Shown here piece by piece: positions 1-8,832 of a DNA stretch of 48,929 nucleotides. Position numbers and translations under genes: made by a program. Origin of the DNA: Bacillota bacterium (GTDB taxonomy: Bacteria > Bacillota > Sulfobacillia > UBA8153); the NCBI GenBank assembly GCA_007130145.1, contig SLSY01000086.1:1-48929 (forward strand), given 5' to 3'. Below the pieces are notes generated by a model, which saw nothing but the letters and a program-made list of their open reading frames with translations, was not told the origin of the DNA and made no database searches. How positions within the stretch are numbered: position 1 is the stretch's first letter; each line of letters opens with the position of its first letter.

Positions 1-1
1 C

Positions 2-1324
2 GGTGTTATACAGGATCTAAAACGCAGTTTTCCCGCCACCTATCAGCAGATGCTCTCCATCGTCTATTACTTGATTCTTGAAAACAGTCCGCTGTACCGA
101 TTCTCGAAATGGAGCCGGACACATAAACACCCTTATGGCAAAGACATCCCCTCGCAGCGAAGCAGCGAACTTCTTACCACAATTGATGAAGCAGCAAAGA
201 TGAAATTTTTCAGCTTGCAGGCCGAACGACGCCTGGAGACTGAGTTTTTGGCCTTTGACATCACCAGCATCTCCTCCTACTCTGAGCTCATTAAACAGGT
301 CAAATATGGCAAGAACAAGGAAGGGGACCGGCTTCCCCAGATTAATCTCGCGCTGCTCCTGGGAGAACAGTCGGGTCTGCCGGCCTATTACCGCAAGTTA
401 CCGGGCAATGTGTCTGATGTCAAAACCGTCACCAATCTTCTCAAGGACATCACCTTCCTGGACATGGACAAAGTCAAGTTGGTGATGGACCGCGGCTTCT
501 ACAGTGCCGAGAACATCAACGCTCTCTATAAGCACCGCTATAAATTCCTGATCGGTGCCAAGCTGTCACTTTCGCTGGTAAAGAAGAAGCTGGAGGAAAT
601 CAGGGGTTCGCTCAAAACCAGAAAGCACTATTACCCGGAAGCCGGTCTCTTCGCCCTTAGTTTTCTCGATTCCTGGCCTTATGAGGAGATGAAACCGAGA
701 AGCGGTGAAACGATCCGTGAAAGCCGAAGAATGTATTTCCATTTCTATTACAACGACCGCAAAGCAACAGACGACCGGTCGCGTTTCTATCATGAATTGG
801 ATGCCTGGGAGGAAGAACTCTCCAGCGGTCACCGCAAGCCTGAACACGAGAAGAAGTACAGCAAGTATTTCAAGGTGACCACGACGCCCATCCGGGGAGT
901 GAAGATTGAACCAAAACAGAGGGCCATTGACACCGCAGAGCAAAACCTTGGATACTTTGTACTGATGTCTAATGGTATCAGCAAACCGATGGAAGCTCTT
1001 CAAATCTACCGGACCAAGGATATGGTGGAAAAAGCCTTTGGCAATCTTAAAGAGCATCTGAATATGCGCAGAGAGTCTGTGGCTTCGGAAGAAGGTCTGG
1101 AAGGGAAGCTGTTCCTGCAATTCATTGGCTTGATTTACCTGTGTCATATCAAGAAGATCATGGATGAGAAGAAACTCTTTTCTAAGTACAGCCTGCAAGA
1201 ACTGTTAGACGAACTCGATATTATTGAACTCTATCAGCACCCCGGAAAGCGTGGATATATCGGAGAGATTACCGGAAAGCAACGGGCCATCTATGAAGCT
1301 ATGAAGGTGGCTGTCCCAACCTAG
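2..1324 (+). CDS. IS4/IS1634-like DDE transposase, 5' end cut by the window edge (mobile element remnant or copy)
   Basis: The reading frame stays open from nt 2 into ORF 50..1324. It has a DDE-type core (LVMDRGFYSAENINAL) and a Y-R-x3-E-x6-K style signature (YRTKDMVEKAFGNLK) typical of IS4-superfamily transposases. It is a lone + strand gene abutting a housekeeping block. Confidence 0.7.
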   Translation, partial: GVIQDLKRSFPATYQQMLSIVYYLILENSPLYRFSKWSRTHKHPYGKDIPSQRSSELLTTIDEAAKMKFFSLQAERRLETEFLAFDITSISSYSELIKQVKYGKNKEGDRLPQINLALLLGEQSGLPAYYRKLPGNVSDVKTVTNLLKDITFLDMDKVKLVMDRGFYSAENINALYKHRYKFLIGAKLSLSLVKKKLEEIRGSLKTRKHYYPEAGLFALSFLDSWPYEEMKPRSGETIRESRRMYFHFYYNDRKATDDRSRFYHELDAWEEELSSGHRKPEHEKKYSKYFKVTTTPIRGVKIEPKQRAIDTAEQNLGYFVLMSNGISKPMEALQIYRTKDMVEKAFGNLKEHLNMRRESVASEEGLEGKLFLQFIGLIYLCHIKKIMDEKKLFSKYSLQELLDELDIIELYQHPGKRGYIGEITGKQRAIYEAMKVAVPT

Positions 1325-1363
1325 ATATAAAAACTCGGGACTTCAGGTTTCATGACAAGCATA

Positions 1364-1402
1364 GAGGCCCTGCTAGGAGCAAATGCTCACTACCAGGGCC
1401 TC
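1364..1402. terminator. Imperfect long hairpin between the convergent transposase and codY 3' ends
   Basis: GAGGCCCTG (1364-1372) pairs perfectly with CAGGGCCTC (1394-1402), and there is an inner GAGC/GCTC pairing. No clear U-tract follows on either strand, so it could be a bidirectional terminator or an IS-end structure. Confidence 0.3.
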
Positions 1403-1432
1403 GAATGTGGTGAATGGTCTCGCTTGGCGTCT

Positions 1433-2206
1433 TTAGGACCGTTTCAGTTCCAGAGGCAAGAGCTCATTAAGAACCTTGATATACGTTCCTTTCATTCCCA
1501 GCGAACGGGATTCGATGACGCCTGCACTCTCGAACTTGCGCAGGGCATTCACGATGACAGAACGAGTAATGCCCACTCGATCCGCAATCTTGGAAGCCAC
1601 CAAGAATCCTTCCATACCGTTGAGTTCTTCAAACACATGGCGGACTGCTTCCAACTCCGAATAAGAGAGACTGTTGATGGCCACCTGCACGGCAGCCTTC
1701 TGGCGCGCCAAGGCTTCTCCGCGCTCGCCGCGGGCCCGAAGCATCTCCATGGCCGCCACGGTGGCTCCGTACTCCGCCACCACCAAGTCCTCGTCACTGA
1801 AGCGTTCACCAAAGCGGGACATAACCAGAGTACCGAGGCGATTGCCATCGCCAACCACCGGTACCATCAGGTCTACCTTGCTGCCCATGATGCAGGTGGA
1901 ATCCTCCCGAAAGTCGCATATCTCGCCTTCCCGTTGCACGTTGGGTTCGGTCTCTTCCAAACGCAGTAGTTCACGATTGAAGTCGGCAGGAAAGCGTCCG
2001 GTTCCCGTGACCTCTGTGACCACAGGACATTCATTGCCGGCAAACAGAGCCATGCCCAGTATCTCCCCTGCCCGATCCACTAGGTATACGTTGGAGTCTG
2101 TAGCCTCGCTCAGCACCTCAGCGACCCTGCCAAAATCAACGGCTTGTCCGGCTTGTTGCTGCAAGAAACGGTTCATCCTGCGTGTCTTGTCCAATAAAGT
2201 ACTCAT
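1433..2206 (-). CDS. codY: GTP-sensing pleiotropic transcriptional repressor CodY
   Basis: 257 aa. N-terminus MSTLLDKTRRMNRFLQ, a GAF-like N domain and a C-terminal wHTH (ASKIADRVGITRSVIVNALRKFESAG). ATG start preceded by GGGAGAAGG. Sits in the conserved xerC-hslVU-codY context. Confidence 0.93.
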   Translation of the reverse strand: MSTLLDKTRRMNRFLQQQAGQAVDFGRVAEVLSEATDSNVYLVDRAGEILGMALFAGNECPVVTEVTGTGRFPADFNRELLRLEETEPNVQREGEICDFREDSTCIMGSKVDLMVPVVGDGNRLGTLVMSRFGERFSDEDLVVAEYGATVAAMEMLRARGERGEALARQKAAVQVAINSLSYSELEAVRHVFEELNGMEGFLVASKIADRVGITRSVIVNALRKFESAGVIESRSLGMKGTYIKVLNELLPLELKRS

Positions 2207-2233
2207 ATCCTTCTCCCTTCCGTACTGCTCCGC

Positions 2234-3655
2234 TTACAACACATACTTTGCGGTGTCCAGATCTCCGATCACTGCTTTAAGTCGGTTACGCACCTCTTTC
2301 TGGTCGATAACCACCTTCTCTTCTTCCATCTCTGGTGCAGAAAAAGCCAGTTGCTCCAACAATTTTTCCATCACAGTGTGAAGTCTGCGGGCACCAATGT
2401 TTTCACCCTGTTCATTGACCTGAAAAGCAATGTCTGCGATCTCATTGATCGCATCCGGCGAGAACTCCAAGCAAATGCCCTCGGTCTTGAGCAACGCTTG
2501 ATACTGCCGGGTCAGCGAATTCTGCGGTTCGGTAAGAATTCGCCGGAAATCGCCAGGAGTCAGGGTTTCGAGCTCTACCCGAACGGGAAACCGCCCCTGA
2601 AGTTCGGGTATTAGATCGCTGGGCTTTGACATGTGAAAGGCACCAGCGGCAACAAACAGAACATGATCGGTACGTACCGGACCATATTTGGTGTTGACTG
2701 TGGAGCCCTCAATGATGGGCAGAATGTCCCTTTGCACCCCTTCCCGGGATACGTCAACTCCGGTCATGCCTTCGCGACCGGCCACCTTATCCAACTCGTC
2801 AATGAAGACGATTCCCATTTGCTCTGCACGGCGTATGGCCTCCGATACGGCCGCATCATTGTCGATCAATTTCTGCGCCTCTTCGGCCGCCAAAAGCCTT
2901 CGCGCCTCTCTCACGGTGAGGCGACGCTTCTTTCGCTTCTTGGGCAACATCCCACCAAACATCTCCTGGAAATTGATGCCCATCTCCTGAATCCCGGTGC
3001 CATCAAACACCTCGAGGGTAGGCTTGGCCGAGTCCTCCACCTCAATCTCCACCATTTCCTCATCCATGCTGCCGGCGGTCAAGGCTGCCTGAACCTGTCG
3101 CCGGTAGGCCCGCGCCTCGCGCACTACCTCTTCATAGTCAGGGGCCTGATTCGCTTGATCATCTTCATCCTCAGCATCGTCCTCCATCCCTGACATGAGA
3201 CTGGCAAACGGATTGCGCCGAGGAGCCGTCTTGCGCTTGGGCATGGGTGCCAAGAGATTGAGCAGTTCTTCATCCGCCCGCACTCGGGCCTCTTGTTGCA
3301 CGGTCTCCAGGTGTTCGCCCTTGACCATACGTACGGAGGTCTCTACCAGATCACGTACGATGGACTCCACGTCGCGGCCGACATAGCCCACTTCCGTAAA
3401 CTTGGTTGCCTCCACCTTGACAAAGGGAGCGCTAACCAGTCGCGCCAAACGGCGGGCAATCTCCGTCTTGCCCACGCCCGTTGGACCTACCATGAGGATG
3501 TTCTTGGGCACGACTTCATCCTGAAAGTCCTTGGGCACGCGCTGGCGGCGCAGACGATTCCTAATGGCTACCGCCACCGCCCGCTTGGCCATATCCTGGC
3601 CGATGATGTATTTATCAAGTTCTTGCACGATCTGACGGGGAGTCAGTTCATCCAT
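2234..3655 (-). CDS. hslU: ATP-dependent protease ATPase subunit HslU
   Basis: [20 protein letters not shown], Walker [16 protein letters not shown], Walker [11 protein letters not shown] placed the start at the internal ATG at 3655, which overlaps the hslV stop by 8 nt. The 34-codon upstream extension of the ORF is not HslU-like. Confidence 0.92.
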   Translation of the reverse strand: MDELTPRQIVQELDKYIIGQDMAKRAVAVAIRNRLRRQRVPKDFQDEVVPKNILMVGPTGVGKTEIARRLARLVSAPFVKVEATKFTEVGYVGRDVESIVRDLVETSVRMVKGEHLETVQQEARVRADEELLNLLAPMPKRKTAPRRNPFASLMSGMEDDAEDEDDQANQAPDYEEVVREARAYRRQVQAALTAGSMDEEMVEIEVEDSAKPTLEVFDGTGIQEMGINFQEMFGGMLPKKRKKRRLTVREARRLLAAEEAQKLIDNDAAVSEAIRRAEQMGIVFIDELDKVAGREGMTGVDVSREGVQRDILPIIEGSTVNTKYGPVRTDHVLFVAAGAFHMSKPSDLIPELQGRFPVRVELETLTPGDFRRILTEPQNSLTRQYQALLKTEGICLEFSPDAINEIADIAFQVNEQGENIGARRLHTVMEKLLEQLAFSAPEMEEEKVVIDQKEVRNRLKAVIGDLDTAKYVL

Positions 3656-4202
3656 CAATGCTTTGCCCTCCGATCTCTTCGACGGTAATCTCATCATTGG
3701 TATAGACACAAAGGCCGGCGGCAATGCGCATGGACTCCAGAGCAATGCTCCTGGCATCGAGGTCGCTGTGTGTCAGTAAGGCACGAGCTGCGGCAAGAGC
3801 ATAGGCCCCACCCGAGCCCACGGCACACACGGGCTCATCAGGTTCAATGACCTCGCCGTTACCGGACACCAAGAGCAGGTGTTCTTTATCCATAACCAGC
3901 AGAAGTGCTTCCAACCGGCGTAGCATGCGATCAGTACGCCATTCCTTGGCCAAAGCCACGGCGGCCCTGAGCAACTGTCCTCTGGCTTCCTCCAGCTTTC
4001 CCTCAAACTTATCAAAAAGTGTGAAGGCGTCGGCAACAGAACCAGCAAACCCGGCCAGTACTTCCCCCCGGTAGATCCGGCGCACCTTGCGCGCCCTGGC
4101 TTTGATGATGGTGTTGCTCCCGCTCAGAGTGACCTGACCATCTCCAGCCAGAGCGGCTTTCCCCTCTCGGCGCACAGCCACAATCGTGGTTCCTTCTAGC
4201 AT
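3648..4202 (-). CDS. hslV: ATP-dependent protease subunit HslV
   Basis: [15 protein letters not shown] provides the N-terminal Thr nucleophile motif, and [14 protein letters not shown] is present. The start at Met17 of the ORF lies just after the xerC stop at 4207. Confidence 0.9.
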   Translation of the reverse strand: MLEGTTIVAVRREGKAALAGDGQVTLSGSNTIIKARARKVRRIYRGEVLAGFAGSVADAFTLFDKFEGKLEEARGQLLRAAVALAKEWRTDRMLRRLEALLLVMDKEHLLLVSGNGEVIEPDEPVCAVGSGGAYALAAARALLTHSDLDARSIALESMRIAAGLCVYTNDEITVEEIGGQSIDG

Positions 4203-4206
4203 AATA

Positions 4207-5154
4207 CTATGAACCCTCTCTTCCTCCGGCGCGCGGGTGATAGCGGTCATAGACCGCCTTCAAGCGGGCCGGCATGACATGTGTGTAAATCTGTGTGGTA
4301 GACACGTTTGCGTGCCCCAACATCTCCTGCACGGAGCGCAGGTCCGCCCCCTCAGCCAGCAAATGGGTGGCAAAGGAGTGCCGCAATGTATGGGGACTCA
4401 CGCTTCCGTCGACCTTCAAAGGCTCCAAGTGCTTATCCAGTATGCGTCGCACACTACGACTGGAAAGAGGTCCTCCGCGAGCGTTGAGAAAGAGCCTTTG
4501 GCCTGCTTGGCTTCGGCCCTTGGAGGCCTTTCTCAAACGGGGGTAGGAATACTCCAGATAGTGTGCCAGACGGTCCAGAGCCACCGACCCGAGCGGAACG
4601 AAGCGCTCCTTTCCGCCTTTTCCTCTAACCTGTACGCATCCAATGGTGTAATCCACATCATTCCTATCCAGGCCCGTCAATTCCGCCACCCGCAAGCCTG
4701 CGCCGTAGAGCACTTCCAAAAGAGCAGCATCTCTCGTGCCAAGAACACTGGAGCGATCCGGATTGTCCAACAGTGCTTCCACTTGCTCAACCGTAAGAAA
4801 GCGGGGCAGGCGCTGAGCTCGCTTTCCGGTCTCCACGTCAATAGCTGGGTTTTCAGCCACGTCCGCATGAATTGTGAGGTGCTTGTAAAAGGAACGGAGC
4901 GAAGAAATCTTGCGAGCAATGGAGCTGGGAGCCAAACCCATCTGGGCTAACGTGCGGACATACTGCCGGATCAACGCAGTCTTCACTGCAGTCAAGCACA
5001 TGCGCTGCGCGGTAACGAAAAGAGCAAACTGTTCCAAATCGCCCGAGTAGTTTACAATCGTATGATGCGAACGGCGCTGGGTTGCCACCAAACTCATCAC
5101 GTAGTCCTCGATGAGAGCGAAGTTTTCGAGCCGCAAACTCTCCTCATGTTCCAC
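4207..5154 (-). CDS. xerC: Tyrosine recombinase XerC/CodV
   Basis: Phage-integrase fold with catalytic-region motifs [23 protein letters not shown] and [18 protein letters not shown] start with GAGG 8 nt upstream. Conserved position upstream of hslVU. Confidence 0.87.
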   Translation of the reverse strand: MEHEESLRLENFALIEDYVMSLVATQRRSHHTIVNYSGDLEQFALFVTAQRMCLTAVKTALIRQYVRTLAQMGLAPSSIARKISSLRSFYKHLTIHADVAENPAIDVETGKRAQRLPRFLTVEQVEALLDNPDRSSVLGTRDAALLEVLYGAGLRVAELTGLDRNDVDYTIGCVQVRGKGGKERFVPLGSVALDRLAHYLEYSYPRLRKASKGRSQAGQRLFLNARGGPLSSRSVRRILDKHLEPLKVDGSVSPHTLRHSFATHLLAEGADLRSVQEMLGHANVSTTQIYTHVMPARLKAVYDRYHPRAGGREGS

Positions 5155-5205
5155 CTACAAAACCTCACATAACAAGCTATTCACAAAGCACAAAACGTTG
5201 TTTCT

Positions 5206-5234
5206 ATATTACCATATGTGTCCTCACATATCAA
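5206..5234 (-). promoter_or_regulatory. Candidate sigma-A promoter for xerC-hslVU-codY
   Basis: The minus strand reads TTGATA-17 nt-TAATAT with TGn immediately upstream of the -10. The spacer contains the perfect palindrome ATATGTG-N4-CACATAT. Confidence 0.45.
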
Positions 5235-5242
5235 CTTTTTAG

Positions 5243-6556
5243 TCATAATATTCGACCATTCCCCAACTGGGACCAGAATATTCTCATACTACGCAAGGCC
5301 TGGTACGCCTGCTTCGGACGGCGCGTCTTGCGACCGCCTGCCATGAGAGGTAACAGACCAAAGTTGGGGTTGATGGGTTGAAAGTCACGACAGGGTCCTT
5401 GCGATACATAGTTTGAGAGCGCACCGGTCAGTGTATCGACGGGCCAATTGAGAAGGGGCTGCTCCAGCGCCCTTCGCGCTGCATTTACTCCACATAACAG
5501 TCCGGTGGCCACCGCCGCTACATAGCCTTCGGCACCAGACAGCTGACCGGCTATAAAGAGCCCGGGACGTTTCCTACACTCGAAAGCGGGGTTGAGGATG
5601 TGGGGGGCACGGACAAAGGTATTACGATGCATAACGCCATAGCGAAGGAACTCTGCCCCCTCCAGACCGGGTATGAGGCGGAACACACGGCGCTGCTCAG
5701 GCCAGGTTAGATTGGTCTGAAAGCCTACCATATTGTAAAGTCGGCCGTATCGATCGTCTTGGCGCAGCTGCACCACCGCATGCGGACGTTCTTGCGTCTT
5801 AGGGTCAACCAAGCCGATGGGGCGCAGTGGCCCAAAACGAAGGGTATCAAGGCCTCGACCAGCCAATTCCTCCACGGGCATACAGCCAGCAAACAGTTCC
5901 TTGGGTTCAAACGAGCGGCGCACAACCCGCTTGGCCCGATTGAGTTCCTCTACCAGGTGCGCGTACGCCTCGGCGTTCATAGGGCAGTTGATGTAGTCGC
6001 CACCGCCATGCCGTCCGGCCCGGAAGGTCTTCTCTCCATCAATGGAATCTGCCTGAATGAGGGGAGCCGCTGCGTCATAGAAGTGCAGCATGGACTCGCC
6101 GGTGAGTTTCTGCAGGTCCTGAGCTAGGTCTGTGGAGGTTAACGGTCCACTGGCCAGCACCACAGCCGATCCTTCGGGGATGGATGTAACCTCTTGCCGA
6201 CAAATCTCTATCAAGGGATGACCGACGAGAGCGTCCTCCACCCGCGAGGAAAACTCCTTGCGATCGACAGCGAGGGCGTGCCCGGCCGGAACCTGACTGG
6301 CCTGCGCCAGATCCAAGAGCAAAGAACCCATGATGCTAAGCTCAGCCTTCAGCAGCCCACTGGCGCTGTTCTCCTGTAACGAGCCCAGTGAGTTGCTGCA
6401 CACCAACTCGGCCAAATCTCCTGTTTGGTGGGCGGGAGTTTGCTTGTGAGGCCGCATTTCGTAGAGAATACAGTGCACATTCGCTCGGGCAATTTGCCAA
6501 GCTGCCTCGCATCCTGCTAAACCTCCGCCCACAACCACCACCCGACGCTCCTTCAT
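5243..6556 (-). CDS. trmFO: Methylenetetrahydrofolate--tRNA-(uracil-5-)-methyltransferase TrmFO (Gid)
   Basis: MKERRVVVVGGGLAGCEAAWQIA is an FAD Rossmann motif, followed by a Gid/TrmFO-like body. Start placed at Met22 of the ORF. Sits in topA-trmFO-xerC synteny. Confidence 0.9.
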   Translation of the reverse strand: MKERRVVVVGGGLAGCEAAWQIARANVHCILYEMRPHKQTPAHQTGDLAELVCSNSLGSLQENSASGLLKAELSIMGSLLLDLAQASQVPAGHALAVDRKEFSSRVEDALVGHPLIEICRQEVTSIPEGSAVVLASGPLTSTDLAQDLQKLTGESMLHFYDAAAPLIQADSIDGEKTFRAGRHGGGDYINCPMNAEAYAHLVEELNRAKRVVRRSFEPKELFAGCMPVEELAGRGLDTLRFGPLRPIGLVDPKTQERPHAVVQLRQDDRYGRLYNMVGFQTNLTWPEQRRVFRLIPGLEGAEFLRYGVMHRNTFVRAPHILNPAFECRKRPGLFIAGQLSGAEGYVAAVATGLLCGVNAARRALEQPLLNWPVDTLTGALSNYVSQGPCRDFQPINPNFGLLPLMAGGRKTRRPKQAYQALRSMRIFWSQLGNGRIL

Positions 6557-6569
6557 GTGGAAAGACCCC

Positions 6570-8672
6570 TTAAGACGTCTCCTCTCCTTCTTCCACGCTG
6601 CGGGCATAGCCGCATTCACGATCGGGGCACACGTGCCGCAACCCCAACCGTTTGGTGCTCTTCTCTACCAGCAATTTGCCGCATTCAGGACACATCTCAT
6701 CCACCGGACGATTCCAGCTAACGAACCGGCACTCCGGGAATCCAGAGCAACCGAAGAACTTACGCCCTTTGCGGCTGGTTCTCTCAACAATAGCCTCACC
6801 GCACTCAGGACATGCTACACCAATTTCCTCGAGCAGCGGCGTGGTGAAACGGCACTCAGGAAAACCGGGACAAGCCAGAAAACGCCCATAACGACCGTGC
6901 TTAATCACCAAGAAACGATGGCATTCCTGGCAACGCTGATCGGTGGGCTCATCGCCCTGCTCCAAGCCTCCGATTTCTTCCTCTGCCTTATCCAACATGG
7001 AGGCAAGACCGGGGTAGAATTCTTCCATGATATGACGCCATTCCACTTCCCCTGCCTCTACCAAGTCCAACTGGCGCTCCAAGTGGGCAGTGAAGTCCAC
7101 ATCAATGATGGGTGCAAAGAACTTGGTCAAGACACCGGTAACCAACAGGCCCAGTTCCGTTGGCACGAAACGATTACTATCCTTTCGTGCATATCCCCTT
7201 CTTTGCACGGTATCGATGATGGGTGCATAGGTGCTGGGGCGGCCAATCCCCTTTTCTTCCAGCGTGCGCACCAAGGTCGCTTCGGTATAGCGTGGCGGAG
7301 GTTGGGTGAAATGCTGCTGGGGAACAAGTTTAGCGACATTGAGAACATCACCCTCGGTCAGTGCAGGCAATAACATCTCTTCCGGCTCGACTTCATCCTC
7401 GTCCTTCCCCTCAATGTATACCTGCATGAAGCCGGAGAATCTCAGCACAGAACCGCTGGCACGAAACTCATCATCGCCCGCACGAATGTCGACACTTACC
7501 GTATCATACACCGCCGGTGCCATCTGACTGGCCACAAAGCGCTCCCAAATCAACTTGTACAAACGGTACTGCCGGGGGGTAAGATGTTCGCGGAGCATCT
7601 CGGGCTCGCGATGTACCGAGGTAGGACGGATGGCTTCATGGGCACCCTGTTGACGAGGATTCTCGCCACTGGTGCGCTCAACCTTGCCCACCATCTTCTC
7701 ACCGTATCTTTCTTTGATATACGCGCTGGCCTCAGCCAGAGCGCTCTCGGCCACGCGAGAAGAATCGGTCCTGACATAGGTAATTAACCCTACGGTGCCC
7801 TCTTTTCCCATGTCAAGGCCTTCGTACAACTGTTGGGCCAGCGCCATCGTTTGCCGGGCGGTGAAGTTTAGCTTTCGTGCGGCTTCTTGTTGGAGCGTAC
7901 TGGTGGAAAACGCCCGGGAAGGCTGCCGGCGTCGTTCACGCCGTTGCACTCCATCCACCTGAAAGCGTGCCCGGGAAACTCGCTCCATAACCCTCTGCAC
8001 ACTGGGTTCATCACCTAGACGCACCCGCTTTTTTCCTTGCCCTAAGTAACGTGCACTCAACGTAGCTTTCTGGGGCGTGAGGAGTTCGGCGTGAAGTGAC
8101 CAGTATTCCTCGGGTTCAAAAGTTTCAATCTCCTTCTCACGCTCACATATCAAGCGCAACGCCACCGACTGCACCCGTCCTGCACTCAAACCCGGCCGGA
8201 TCTTGCGCCACAGCAAGGGGCTGAGCTTGTAGCCCACCAGTCGATCAAGGATGCGCCGCGCCTGCTGGGCATCGACTAGCTGAACATCAATGGGTCGGGG
8301 GTTTTTGACCGCCTGGCGAATGACATCACGAGTGATCTCGTGAAACTCCAACCGGCAATCGATCGCGTCGTCCAGTTTCAGCGCTTGGGCCAGGTGCCAG
8401 GAAATGGCTTCCCCTTCACGATCGGGGTCAGTGGCCAGGAGCACTCGCTTGGCTTTGCGAGCATGCTTACGCAACTCCTGCAACACGGGTCCCTTCCCGC
8501 GAATGGTAATGTACTTGGGTTCGAAGTCAGCCTCAACGTCGACTCCAAATTGACTGCGCGGAAGATCGCGCACGTGCCCCATAGACGCCTTAACCGTAAA
8601 TCGCCTTCCCAGAAACTTCTCTATGGTTTTGGCTTTCGCCGGTGACTCGACAATAATCAGGTCCTTCGACAA
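6570..8672 (-). CDS. topA: DNA topoisomerase I
   Basis: 700 aa. TOPRIM N-terminus (LIIVESPAKAKTIEKFLG, ATDPDREGEAISWH) and C-terminal repeated Cys4 zinc ribbons (CxxC...CPxC three times). TTG start after AAGGGGTGA. Confidence 0.95.
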   Translation of the reverse strand: MSKDLIIVESPAKAKTIEKFLGRRFTVKASMGHVRDLPRSQFGVDVEADFEPKYITIRGKGPVLQELRKHARKAKRVLLATDPDREGEAISWHLAQALKLDDAIDCRLEFHEITRDVIRQAVKNPRPIDVQLVDAQQARRILDRLVGYKLSPLLWRKIRPGLSAGRVQSVALRLICEREKEIETFEPEEYWSLHAELLTPQKATLSARYLGQGKKRVRLGDEPSVQRVMERVSRARFQVDGVQRRERRRQPSRAFSTSTLQQEAARKLNFTARQTMALAQQLYEGLDMGKEGTVGLITYVRTDSSRVAESALAEASAYIKERYGEKMVGKVERTSGENPRQQGAHEAIRPTSVHREPEMLREHLTPRQYRLYKLIWERFVASQMAPAVYDTVSVDIRAGDDEFRASGSVLRFSGFMQVYIEGKDEDEVEPEEMLLPALTEGDVLNVAKLVPQQHFTQPPPRYTEATLVRTLEEKGIGRPSTYAPIIDTVQRRGYARKDSNRFVPTELGLLVTGVLTKFFAPIIDVDFTAHLERQLDLVEAGEVEWRHIMEEFYPGLASMLDKAEEEIGGLEQGDEPTDQRCQECHRFLVIKHGRYGRFLACPGFPECRFTTPLLEEIGVACPECGEAIVERTSRKGRKFFGCSGFPECRFVSWNRPVDEMCPECGKLLVEKSTKRLGLRHVCPDRECGYARSVEEGEETS

Positions 8673-8737
8673 AGGTTCACCCCTTATTATGTGTGGATTC
8701 CACCCTCTGCAAGACAGGGATGTGCAACACCTAACTT

Positions 8738-8766
8738 ATAATATATCGAGAAGCCGCGCCGGTCAA
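8738..8766 (-). promoter_or_regulatory. Candidate sigma-A promoter for topA
   Basis: The minus strand reads TTGACC-17 nt-TATTAT, about 65 nt upstream of the topA start and immediately downstream of the hairpin at 8774-8801. Confidence 0.45.
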
Positions 8767-8773
8767 ACGGTAA

Positions 8774-8801
8774 TGAGGGCATCCTTGTTGGCATGCCCTC
8801 A
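8774..8801 (-). terminator. Hairpin after the ABC exporter operon
   Basis: TGAGGGCAT (8774-8782) pairs perfectly with ATGCCCTCA (8793-8801) around a 10-nt loop. On the minus strand it lies about 30 nt after the stop at 8833. The trailing T-tract is weak (TTACCGTTT). Confidence 0.4.
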
Positions 8802-8832
8802 GTCATTCATCCCTACTTCTTTCGTTCTTACC

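Noticed and set aside
1674-2381. 235-aa + strand ORF spanning the codY/hslU junction
   Set aside because: It is antisense to two conserved genes and crosses their intergenic gap. Its Ser/Arg/Pro-rich low-complexity composition is typical of shadow ORFs.
3656-3757. N-terminal extensions given by the ORF track (hslU to 3757, hslV to 4250, trmFO to 6619, fabD to 30607, yceD to 34982, PHP to 43402, rnc to 27169)
   Set aside because: Each extension overlaps the preceding gene and lacks similarity to the family N-terminus. In each case an internal start lines up with the conserved N-terminal motif and with the upstream stop codon.
5172-5200. TTCACAA/TTGTG-containing stretch considered as a Rex (TTGTGAA-N6-TTCACAA) or CodY box
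   Set aside because: The half-sites are in direct rather than inverted orientation, and the AATTTTCWGAAAATT consensus is not matched. No good Rex-like site was seen upstream of the hyd/stn-like operon either; the best candidate, at about 46111-46128, matches only 3/6 in the second half.
6555-7373. 272-aa + strand ORF
   Set aside because: It is entirely antisense to the well-conserved topA zinc-ribbon region. Its composition is Ala/Leu/Gly/His-rich, as expected from the reverse frame of a GC-rich gene. It has no RBS and no recognisable motif.
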